This document shows positions 42,179 through 51,230 of a stretch of DNA of 64,000 bases, piece by piece. The stretch is taken from NCBI GenBank assembly GCA_019058245.1, contig JAHPZJ010000008.1, positions 80,619 through 144,618 of the forward strand, given 5' to 3'. How positions within the stretch are numbered: the first letter of the stretch is position 1; every line of letters starts with the position of its first letter. The notes under the pieces were generated by a model that worked only from the letters and a program-made list of their open reading frames with translations, was not told the origin of the DNA and did not search any database. Both the position numbers and the translations under genes were made by a program. Source of the stretch: Promethearchaeota archaeon (lineage in GTDB: Archaea > Asgardarchaeota > Lokiarchaeia > Sigyniarchaeales > SOKP01).

Positions 42179-45100
42179 TTAAGCTTCAGGTAATAGAATT
42201 ACAAAAGAATCTCCTTCAACCCATATTTTTCCGTTGTAGTTGTTTAAAATTTGCTCAACTAAAAGGAATCCTAAAATTATTTCTTTAATCTTACTATCTT
42301 TTTCTCTTTCTTTTTGGAAGATCATCTCTTTTCCAATATTTAATATATCTTTTTGATAATCGATAAATTGTATTTTAACATAATTTATATTATCCTCTTG
42401 GTGTTTGAAAATAATAATTTTAATATCAATAGTTGGGTTTTTATTGTATCTAATTGAACTAATAAGGATATTGATAAAAATATCTATTAAAAATTTATCA
42501 GCTTTTACATATAGAACCTCAGAGGCTTGATCAACAATTATATTAATCTTTTTATTAGAATAACTACTTGTAATAAATTCTTTAACTTCATCAATAACAT
42601 TGTTTAAATTTACGGGTTCAATTAAAACACTTGTTTCATTAATTAATTTTAATTGTTTTATGATATATATTAAAAGGCGGGCGTTTATACATTGATCTTT
42701 AACAAAATCCAATAATTCTCTTTTAGAACTTAATATAAGTTGACTCACTTGCTTTGTATTTTCATCTAATTTTAATTGAATATTTTTTATTATAGAATTT
42801 ATATCATTTATGAATAGCTCTTTATAAAAATATTCTTTATCTAATTCTTGATGCATAGATTCTTCACTTAATCGTAAGTTTTCTTCCGCTAATTTACGAA
42901 GCAATACATTTTTGAGTATTTCTGGAATAATAGTTGATAATTCTAGATTTTCCTCAATCCAATAATTCTGATCTGTTATATTATCGAAACATAAAATTCC
43001 TTCTAAGCGTTGATTAATTTTTATAGAATATACTAGAAAATTTTCAACTTTTTGATTTTCAAGAAAATATTTTAAATTCACGGCTTCTCTTGGAAGATTA
43101 TCCACCTTTTTAAGATAAAAATAATCAGATTCTTTTAATCTCTTGGTTACCCATGGAAAATAATCTATTATAAGATCTTCAGGTAACTTAATTTGAGGAA
43201 CAATCAACTTTCGAGACCAGAAATAATGTCTTCTTATAACATTGAATTCTTTATTAAAAATATAAAGATATACTCGTGTTGCGTTAATGAATTCACCAAT
43301 ATCTCTAAGTGAATCAATTATTGCTTGATTAAATTCATATATACCTACAAATCTAGATACAATTTTAGTAATAATCGCCTTTAATTTAGATATCTTTTTT
43401 AATTCAGTTTCTATTTTTTTCCTTTCTGTTATATTCTCACAAATAATTTGATAAAATGTTTCATCGCCAATATCAACTATTGATGATTGCAAATTAACCC
43501 AGATGAGGCTACCGTTTTTTTGATAAAGTTGGATTTCTAATGGAGAAAAAATTTTACCTCTTTCTTCTTTTTTCAGTCTTTTAAGAACATCTACTAAATA
43601 ATCTTTATGTATTATTGAAAGATCTACAAATTTTCTTCCCATTAGTTCCTCTTTTGTATATCCTAAGGTTTCCTCTAGAACAGGATTGAAGTCAACTAAA
43701 GTTCCATTAGGATCAATTAAAAGAATAGAATAGGGTGAATTTTCGAACAGATGTCGAAATTTTATTTCAGAATGCCTTAATTTTATTTCTGCGTCCACTC
43801 TCTTACTAATATCTCGAATTATGTATTGGATAAAAACTTGTCCCCCCATCTGTAATTCATTCATACTAACTTCGACCGGAATAAGATTACCTGAACTATC
43901 TATCACCTCTAATCTTAAAGGAAATGGAAAATTAGATTCATCAAATACTTTTTCATTAAACTCTATATTAATTATATCACTTAATATTTGACTTGAATGC
44001 AAACCAATAAAATCCTCGAATGGTCGTTGAAATAAAGACTCCGCTTCTTTATTCACATCCATTATTATTCCTGAATTTTTATCAATTATTATAATAGCAT
44101 CTCGAGCGGCTTTAAATAAAGCCTCATAACGTAATTCAGCTATTTTTAATGCTTCAATTGAAGGTCTATACAATTCAATTTGATTAATTATTGTAGCATG
44201 AATAAATTCAAGAATGTATATAATTTCATTTTTATCTAAATAATTTTCTTTTACTTCACCGAATTGTTGGACAATGAAAGAACTAAATTGGTTAATAATA
44301 TTTTTAGGTATCTTTTCATTGTAATAAATCATTAAGCATAATGGTAATACACCACCTCTTATACTCACATCTTCAACAGAATCAAAATAAATTGCTGCAT
44401 TTGCATTTAAATGGGGAATAGGAAGAATTACTGATGCTGGTTTAAACTGATCACCTCCAAAAATAAACTGTGATATTGAAAAACTTTTTACAGCAATCAA
44501 TTCGGGATTCTCAAAAGCATCATCAGGATAAACTGCATCGATTTTAATCCCTAAATTTTCATCCCAACGACAAAAAATTATCCCAACATCTTTTCTGGGG
44601 GTATATTGCTCAACTCTCTCAGCAATTTTAAGGGTAAGCCAATTAAAAGCCTCATCAATGTTTATATTTTTAATTGCACTTGTTAAAAATGATTTAATTG
44701 GTCTTTTTCCCAATTTCTTCACTCCCATAGCTTCTTCTAATTCATTTATATCTTGCTTTTTTAAATCAACCTTATTAAAAAGAATAAGTAATGGTAATTC
44801 ACTCAATTCGGGGTTCCCCGCAATTTCATGTAGTAGTTCACGGGCAAATGAAAATTTTATTTTATCCATAACATCTAATACAAAAATTAATCCATCTTGA
44901 TTTTTTAGATAAGGTTTCCATAAGTCTTTAGCTCTATATTTCCCTGGTATATCATATGTCAATAGGGATATGTTATTAACTAAAATTCTGGAAATATCTA
45001 CATTAATAGTTGGAAATGTTGTCTTTGAGACGGATTTTCTTCTTGTTCTTATTATTGTCGTTTTTCCTGCCAAGGAAAGCCCAAAAATTAATATTTTTGC

Positions 45101-45571
45101 CTCTTTTTGTTCAAAAATGACATCTTCTTCTGGAAAAGAAGTATAAAATGTATTAAGTAATTTTTTTATTTCTTCTAGTTTAATAGGATCTCCCTTGTCA
45201 ATTCTAGAGTCTACATAAAAACCTTTATACGCATCTTCGATTTTTCTGAATTCCTCAACAAATTTCTCTAGAAACTCTTCTGCGTATGTAGTTTTTATTT
45301 TAGATTTGCTATCAATAATTAATGAAATTAAAAGACGCTCCTTTTTTGTTTTTGAGTATTCACTCGGAATATCAAAGATTAGATTAGCTGTATTAAAAGT
45401 TCCAAAAGTATGTTTAAAAAAACCATTTTCATAGAGATCTATCAAAATAGGAACCTGTTTAATATCATCTCTTTGAATATTTTCAGGCGATTTCAAAAAA
45501 ATATAAGGAGGAAAATAAGGATTCCGATGACTTAAGATTAAAATTCTCATATATAAGTATCCTCTAATCAA
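42179..45571 (-). CDS. Multidomain signalling protein: longin-like, Arf-like GTPase, longin-like, PAS, PAS, GAF, degenerate histidine-kinase-like domain
   Basis: GLSLAGKT, PT, DIPG, NKVD, SAI; PAS entries RYEALF..ARDAI and KFRHLFENSP; GAF with GILCFD and WIEENLEL; HATPase-like tail ADKFLIDIFINIL...YNGKIWVE. Confidence 0.85.
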   Translation of the reverse strand: MIRGYLYMRILILSHRNPYFPPYIFLKSPENIQRDDIKQVPILIDLYENGFFKHTFGTFNTANLIFDIPSEYSKTKKERLLISLIIDSKSKIKTTYAEEFLEKFVEEFRKIEDAYKGFYVDSRIDKGDPIKLEEIKKLLNTFYTSFPEEDVIFEQKEAKILIFGLSLAGKTTIIRTRRKSVSKTTFPTINVDISRILVNNISLLTYDIPGKYRAKDLWKPYLKNQDGLIFVLDVMDKIKFSFARELLHEIAGNPELSELPLLILFNKVDLKKQDINELEEAMGVKKLGKRPIKSFLTSAIKNINIDEAFNWLTLKIAERVEQYTPRKDVGIIFCRWDENLGIKIDAVYPDDAFENPELIAVKSFSISQFIFGGDQFKPASVILPIPHLNANAAIYFDSVEDVSIRGGVLPLCLMIYYNEKIPKNIINQFSSFIVQQFGEVKENYLDKNEIIYILEFIHATIINQIELYRPSIEALKIAELRYEALFKAARDAIIIIDKNSGIIMDVNKEAESLFQRPFEDFIGLHSSQILSDIINIEFNEKVFDESNFPFPLRLEVIDSSGNLIPVEVSMNELQMGGQVFIQYIIRDISKRVDAEIKLRHSEIKFRHLFENSPYSILLIDPNGTLVDFNPVLEETLGYTKEELMGRKFVDLSIIHKDYLVDVLKRLKKEERGKIFSPLEIQLYQKNGSLIWVNLQSSIVDIGDETFYQIICENITERKKIETELKKISKLKAIITKIVSRFVGIYEFNQAIIDSLRDIGEFINATRVYLYIFNKEFNVIRRHYFWSRKLIVPQIKLPEDLIIDYFPWVTKRLKESDYFYLKKVDNLPREAVNLKYFLENQKVENFLVYSIKINQRLEGILCFDNITDQNYWIEENLELSTIIPEILKNVLLRKLAEENLRLSEESMHQELDKEYFYKELFINDINSIIKNIQLKLDENTKQVSQLILSSKRELLDFVKDQCINARLLIYIIKQLKLINETSVLIEPVNLNNVIDEVKEFITSSYSNKKINIIVDQASEVLYVKADKFLIDIFINILISSIRYNKNPTIDIKIIIFKHQEDNINYVKIQFIDYQKDILNIGKEMIFQKEREKDSKIKEIILGFLLVEQILNNYNGKIWVEGDSFVILLPEA

Positions 45572-45952
45572 TAATAATGTTTTAAAACCTATTACTACAT
45601 AATCAAATTATATTGTAAAAAAATATATGGGTATAATATCTGCGTTAGTGTAGACATTAATGCATTTAAGTTTAAAGTACCGAACTTAATTATATAATAA
45701 TAAAACAATAATAAAAATTTGAATTAAAAAATGTTTTAAATTTCTAGTTGATTCTTCATCTAAAAAAATATTAATTCAATTTATTTAGAAAAAATATAAA
45801 CATAAACCTCTATAGTACCTGTTCTAAATAAATTGAACGTAAGAAATCAAAAAAGAAATTACATTTTAAAAGGAGAACTACTGCTCTTATAAATATCAAA
45901 ATAAATTTATATATGATCGTCGCTATTAAACAACTTAACTATTTTAAGATAA

Positions 45953-48298
45953 GTGAGTATATACATGAAGAAATTCAAAATTAAATTAAAAAATAATGGT
46001 AAAATGAAATTTTCTCTGATAATAATATTTACAATGGCATTGTTCATAATCCCTAATGTATTTATTGGAACTCAAAAAAATATCAAAATATCTGATGAAG
46101 AAAATTTTATTAATAAAGTGTATTTACCACCTACACCAAAATATTCCTCTGTTTATTACGAAGATACTACTGGAGACGCGAATGGTGTCTATGTGGATGG
46201 AAATTATGCTTATATAGCCGCTGGTAGTTCAGGTTTAGCAGTTATTGATATTTCAGACCCAACTAACCCAGGAACCCCAATTTATGAAAATACAACAGGA
46301 ACCGCGGAAGATATTTACGTGAGTGGTAACTATGCCTATATAGCGGACGGTACTTCAGGATTAGCAGTTATTGATATATCTAACCCAGTAAGTCCAGGAA
46401 CTCCGATTTATGAAGATACGGATGGCTATGGATATGACATTTACGTAAGTGGAGATTATGCTTATTTGGCAGATTTTGATTTGGGATTAGCTATTATGGA
46501 TATATCTGACCCAACAAATCCTGATTTACCCGTTCATGAAGATACGAGTGGAAGTGCTACAGGAGTTTATGTGGATGGAGATTATGCTTATGTGGCAGAC
46601 GCTGGTTCCGGATTAGCAGTCATTAATATATCTAATCCAAATAGTCCAGAAGCTGTAATCTACGAAGATACGACTGGAAGTGCTATAGGAGTTTATGTGG
46701 ATGGAAATTATGCTTATTTGGCAGATTCTAGTTCTGGATTAGCAGTTATTGATATTTCGGAGCCAACTAACCCAGAAACACCTGTTTATGAAGCCTCGAA
46801 TTATGATACATATGATGTTTGTGTAGATGGAGATTATGCTTATGTTGCATCTGGAGAATCAGGTTTAGCAGTTTTTAATATCTCTGATCCGACTAACCCT
46901 GTAACTCCCTTATACGAAGAAACAAGTGGAAATGCTAATAGTGTATTTATCAGCGGAAATTATGCCTTTGTAGCGGATGGAGAATCAGGTTTGGCAGTTA
47001 TTGACATTTCCAATCCTATAAATCCAGAAACACCCATTTTTGAAGACACGGATGATGCTGCTTTTGGTCTCTGCCTTAGAGGAGATTATGCTTATGTTTC
47101 CTCTGGTAATGCGGGTTTGGCAGTTATTGACATATCTAATCCAAATGATCCAGACCTTTTAGGTTATGTTGATACGGATGGACGCCAACGTGATGTCTAT
47201 GTGAGTGGGGATTATGCTTATGTAGCGGATTTCGATCAAGGATTAGTAGTCATCGATATATCCGATCCAACCAATCCAGGACCACTAGCTTACATTACGG
47301 GTCCATTGGGACATGACGCTAATGGAATTTGTATAAGTGGGGATTATGCGTATGTAGCCGCAGGTAGTTCGGGCTTAGCAATTTATGATATTTCCAATCC
47401 CATTAGCATAGGAGGACCTCTCTATCAAGATACAAGCGCATATTCTGGTGATGTCTACATAAGTGGAGATTATGCTTATGTAGCAGATTATAATAGTTTG
47501 GCGATTATTGATATATCTAACCCTACTTCTCCGGGAACACCAATCTATGAACCTGTAACTGGAGCTGCACGTGGTGTTTACGTGAGTGGAGATTATGCCT
47601 ACGTAGGTTGTAGTGATTCTGGATTAGCGGTTATTGATATTTCTAATCCAACTAATCCAGGAACTCCAGTCTATGAACCTGTAACTGATTATGCACGTAG
47701 GGTTTATGTGAGTGGAGATTATGCATATATAGCTAGTAGTTATGATGGCTTAGCAGTATTTGATATTTCCGACCCAACTGATCCAGAAACTCCAATCTAT
47801 GAAAATACGAGTAATGAAGCATTCGACGTTGAAGTAAAGGGAGATTATGCTTATGTAGCAGATGGAGGTGCGGGATTAGCGGTTATTAAAATCCGGAACA
47901 GAGTTGACATGATCGATCCGATAATCACAGCAGCCACCAGCGATTTTTCCGTTGATTTAGGTTATACAGGGGTAAATATATCATGGACAGCAACAGATAC
48001 TAACCCTGATACTTATACAATTCAACTTGAGGGAACGGGAACAGTAGTTAGTCCAACATTATGGTCAAGTGGTACTGCTGTTACTTATGATGTTCCCGAT
48101 GGATTAACTGCTGGTGAATACAACTATACAATCTCTTTTTCTGATGATGCTGATAATCTTGCTACTGATACAATTACCATGACTGTGGTGGAACCTGGAG
48201 GTGGAATTCCTTTTAGCAACTTTTTTATAGTTTTCCTAATCATCGGAATAATTTCATTAGTAATTGTTCAGAAACGGAAAAAATCAAATTCTATATAA
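45953..48298 (+). CDS. LVIVD-repeat surface protein with Ig-like domain and Loki-CTERM-like anchor
   Basis: Signal peptide; 14 repeats of VYVSGDYAYVAD...GLAVIDISNP; GGGIPF-TM-KRKK tail. Confidence 0.92.
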   Translation: MSIYMKKFKIKLKNNGKMKFSLIIIFTMALFIIPNVFIGTQKNIKISDEENFINKVYLPPTPKYSSVYYEDTTGDANGVYVDGNYAYIAAGSSGLAVIDISDPTNPGTPIYENTTGTAEDIYVSGNYAYIADGTSGLAVIDISNPVSPGTPIYEDTDGYGYDIYVSGDYAYLADFDLGLAIMDISDPTNPDLPVHEDTSGSATGVYVDGDYAYVADAGSGLAVINISNPNSPEAVIYEDTTGSAIGVYVDGNYAYLADSSSGLAVIDISEPTNPETPVYEASNYDTYDVCVDGDYAYVASGESGLAVFNISDPTNPVTPLYEETSGNANSVFISGNYAFVADGESGLAVIDISNPINPETPIFEDTDDAAFGLCLRGDYAYVSSGNAGLAVIDISNPNDPDLLGYVDTDGRQRDVYVSGDYAYVADFDQGLVVIDISDPTNPGPLAYITGPLGHDANGICISGDYAYVAAGSSGLAIYDISNPISIGGPLYQDTSAYSGDVYISGDYAYVADYNSLAIIDISNPTSPGTPIYEPVTGAARGVYVSGDYAYVGCSDSGLAVIDISNPTNPGTPVYEPVTDYARRVYVSGDYAYIASSYDGLAVFDISDPTDPETPIYENTSNEAFDVEVKGDYAYVADGGAGLAVIKIRNRVDMIDPIITAATSDFSVDLGYTGVNISWTATDTNPDTYTIQLEGTGTVVSPTLWSSGTAVTYDVPDGLTAGEYNYTISFSDDADNLATDTITMTVVEPGGGIPFSNFFIVFLIIGIISLVIVQKRKKSNSI

Positions 48299-48432
48299 TT
48301 GAGACTTATCTTTTTTTTTATATTTACTTGTTTTTTATTATAATAAATTGGAAAAATACAACTCTTGGAATCCAATCCAATCTTTATAATAGTACAAATT
48401 AAAAGAATGAGCTATTAGGAAAAAGAAGCAAA

Positions 48433-49083
48433 TTAAATTTGGTTTGATTTCTCATCCAATATTATTTTAATAACTTTTTTAAAAACCTCATAAGGTTGAG
48501 CACCAAAAATTAGTCTATTTTCAATAATAAAAGCAGGAACACCATTTATTCCAATTCTCCTTATTTCATTTAAAGATTTTTGTAAAATTTCAAAAGGCTC
48601 ATCTGTATGTAAATAGAGATCTATTTCATTTTTGTCTAGTCCTATCGATTCAGCAAGATCTAATAATAAATCTATGCTTCCAATATCTTTTCCTTCAAAC
48701 CAGTAAGCTTCTAGTACTAACTTATGAAATTCTTCAAATTTCCCTTTTTTTCGAGCAAATTCAGAAATAAAAAGAGCCAATCGCGAATTTGGTAAAAAAT
48801 CTGAAAACTTAAGTGTTAAGTCATCCTCATCTGCAAGACGTTTGATATGGGCACGTAATCCTTCTAAATATTCCTTATTAACCGCCATTTCTTCTTTTAG
48901 AGTCCCCCAAGCTGGAGTTTCAGGATGAATTTCAAAGGGTCTCCACTCAACAGCAAGATTGTACTCTTTTTTAAGCTTTTCTATTCGATGATATCCGATA
49001 TAGCAAAATGGACAAATATAATCTGAATAAGCAATAACTTTTAACTTTGTTTGACTCATATCTGTTGTTATAAAAAAGAACAA
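48433..49083 (-). CDS. DsbA/FrnE-family thiol-disulfide oxidoreductase (true start likely the MSQTK Met)
   Basis: YSDYICPFCYIG, GINGVPAF, GAQP. Confidence 0.9.
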   Translation of the reverse strand: MFFFITTDMSQTKLKVIAYSDYICPFCYIGYHRIEKLKKEYNLAVEWRPFEIHPETPAWGTLKEEMAVNKEYLEGLRAHIKRLADEDDLTLKFSDFLPNSRLALFISEFARKKGKFEEFHKLVLEAYWFEGKDIGSIDLLLDLAESIGLDKNEIDLYLHTDEPFEILQKSLNEIRRIGINGVPAFIIENRLIFGAQPYEVFKKVIKIILDEKSNQI

Positions 49084-49336
49084 TCTTATATATTTTTTTA
49101 ATATAAAAATTAGTCAATGTTTTATAATTTGATTAATCCAGTCATAGATATTAATTCTCAAAAATAAATAGTCATTATTTCAAGAAGATTAGGTGATTTC
49201 ACATCAAAGTCTAATTATTACAGTCATTAATTCACGTAAGGAAATATTTTTATTAAATTGTTCAATTAAAAAAATGTGTCATTTTTAAATTTAAAATAGA
49301 TTTATATTATTTATCTGTAAAAAAGGTGAAACCATC

Positions 49337-49525
49337 ATAGATATATGCCAATCTTGTGGAGAATCAAAACCCACTACTAATGTTCAAGAGGAATTTCCCC
49401 TCATATTTATTAGTGATAATCCCCCAACTAGTTATCTAATATGTGAAACTTGTAAAAGAAAATTAAAAAAATATGGTTATCTTATCTCTAAAGATGGGGA
49501 ATGTACCGCATTTATCGAAACTTAA
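49337..49525 (+). CDS. Small Cys4 zinc-finger protein (62 aa), probable ATA start
   Basis: GGTGA RBS at 49325-49329, then ATA; translates as (M)DICQSCGE...LICETCKRKLKKYG...FIET*; no ATG/GTG/TTG in frame. Confidence 0.55.
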   Translation: MDICQSCGESKPTTNVQEEFPLIFISDNPPTSYLICETCKRKLKKYGYLISKDGECTAFIET

Positions 49526-49599
49526 ATAAATGAATTAAATCTTGAAATAACTGAATAACACAATAAGAATATCCCGATCAAATAAGAGTAAATAACACA

Positions 49600-49743
49600 T
49601 TGAAAGAAATATTAAACACGGAAAAGGGAGAACGTCTCTTGAAGGTAGACAGTGGAAGTGGTATATTATTTCACTTGATGGCAAAAAACCTATCCACTAA
49701 AGGATTTATTATAGGGATGATTGGATTTCTCTCTACAAAATAA
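49600..49743 (+). pseudogene. Degenerate class I SAM-methyltransferase fragment
   Basis: ILNTEKGERLLKVDSGSGILFHLMAKNL..KGFIIG resembles motif I (GE.VLEVG.GSG). Confidence 0.45.
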
Positions 49744-49946
49744 AATAAATCAATTTTAAAATTACATAATTTTTTAAGTAAAAAATATCCTAAATTAGTG
49801 ATATTAAATATTGAGTTTGCTATAATAAAAGGATAGCTCTTTATTTTATAAATAGAATTTTTATAATTCTTACTTTTACTATTATTATTTAATACAATAA
49901 GTTAAGTCAAGTTATTTTGTAATTTACAATTTTAAGGTGAAGGAAT

Positions 49947-50786
49947 ATAAGATATGTAGAATTAGGAAAAACGGGAGAAAAAATACCTGTTTTAGGACAA
50001 GGTCTTTGGGGTATATCACGGTTAAAAGGTATTTTTAAGGGTCCAAAATATTTCGAGAAAATTAAATCAGCTTTGAGAAAAGGTATTGAATTAGAAATGA
50101 CACATTTAGATACTGCAGAATTTTATGGTTGGGGTAAAGCAGAAAAAGTATTAGGAGATTTGATTAAAGATTATTCTCGTGATGATTTATTTATCACTTC
50201 CAAACTATTTCCATATCACTATAGTAAGAGAACTATGAAAAAAGCAGCTAATAAGAGTTTAAAAAGATTAGGAATAGATTATTTAGATCTCTATTTAATC
50301 CATTGGCCTTCAAAATTTATATCAATTAGAAAAGAAATGAATGTTCTTGAGAGTTTGATTAAGGAAGGAAAGACAAGGTATATTGGAGTGAGTAATTTTA
50401 GGATCAAACAATTTGAAAAAGCCCAAGAATCTCTTAAAAAAGAGGAACTAGTTAATAATCAACTCCACATTAATCTAACTAATCAAAGATACATCCATAA
50501 TTCTCTCTCTTATTATCAAAAAAATGGAATCACAATAACAGCTTATAGCCCACTTGGGCATCGTGGTTATACAAAAATATCTAATGAATTAAGAGAAACA
50601 TTGGAAGAATTAGCTAAAAAACATAATGCTACAATACAGCAAATTGCTATTGCATGGCTTATAAATCATAAAAACGTAATTTCTATACCTAAAGCATTCA
50701 ATAAAAAACATGTTGAAGATAATGCAAAAGCAGCAGAAATTTCTCTTTTACAAGAAGATTTAGAGAAATTATATAAATTTGATTAG
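49947..50786 (+). CDS. Aldo/keto reductase; true N-terminus lies 42 codons upstream of the track start, probable ATA start
   Basis: (M)RYVELGKTGEKIPVLGQGLWG is in frame with DTAEFYG, LYLIHWP, IGVSNF, AYSPLG, IPKA; GGTGA lies 6 nt before the ATA. Confidence 0.88.
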   Translation: MRYVELGKTGEKIPVLGQGLWGISRLKGIFKGPKYFEKIKSALRKGIELEMTHLDTAEFYGWGKAEKVLGDLIKDYSRDDLFITSKLFPYHYSKRTMKKAANKSLKRLGIDYLDLYLIHWPSKFISIRKEMNVLESLIKEGKTRYIGVSNFRIKQFEKAQESLKKEELVNNQLHINLTNQRYIHNSLSYYQKNGITITAYSPLGHRGYTKISNELRETLEELAKKHNATIQQIAIAWLINHKNVISIPKAFNKKHVEDNAKAAEISLLQEDLEKLYKFD

Positions 50787-50817
50787 CTTTTATTTCCCTC
50801 TCTTTATTTATCCTTTT

Positions 50818-51075
50818 GAAAATGATGCGAGATGGACTCAAATAGCTAGGAGTCAAATACATTATTTAAAAGATGATGTGAGAACCGTCCTTGAATATGC
50901 GAATTATGAACTAGTTGCCGAAGCATATAGTGCTAAAGGTTTTTACATTAAATCTTTGGAAAATAAGGACACAATTTTTCAGGAAGCCTTAAATATATCC
51001 TAAAATGGTTCTCCTGTTCTAATTAATGCGTTAATTGGAAAAACCGATTTCATAAAAGATTCAATATCTATGTAA
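50818..51075 (+). pseudogene. 3' remnant of an ILVBL-like TPP-binding enzyme (acetolactate synthase-like)
   Basis: ENDARWTQIARSQ...DDVRTVL..NYELVAEAYSAKG...*NGSPVLINALIGKTDFIKDSISM*; internal TAA at 51001. Confidence 0.75.
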
Positions 51076-51230
51076 ACAATTAAAATTGAATTTTTAAATC
51101 ATTTTCCCTAATTTTATAATAGATTTATTTCTATATAACCAATATAATTTAATCATTTATAGAAATTAGAAACAAGCTTTTTTAATTCAATAAAATTAAC
51201 TATCTACAAAACTTTGGTTGAAAATAAAAA

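Noticed and set aside
46150-47890. ~126-bp periodic DNA repeats as a DGR template/variable region or mobile repeat
   Set aside because: Explained by LVIVD protein repeats; no reverse transcriptase in the window
49938-49940. In-frame TGA before the AKR (and TGA in the MFS remnant) as selenocysteine
   Set aside because: The AKR TGA is part of the GGTGA RBS, neither position aligns with a catalytic Cys, and I recognised no SECIS
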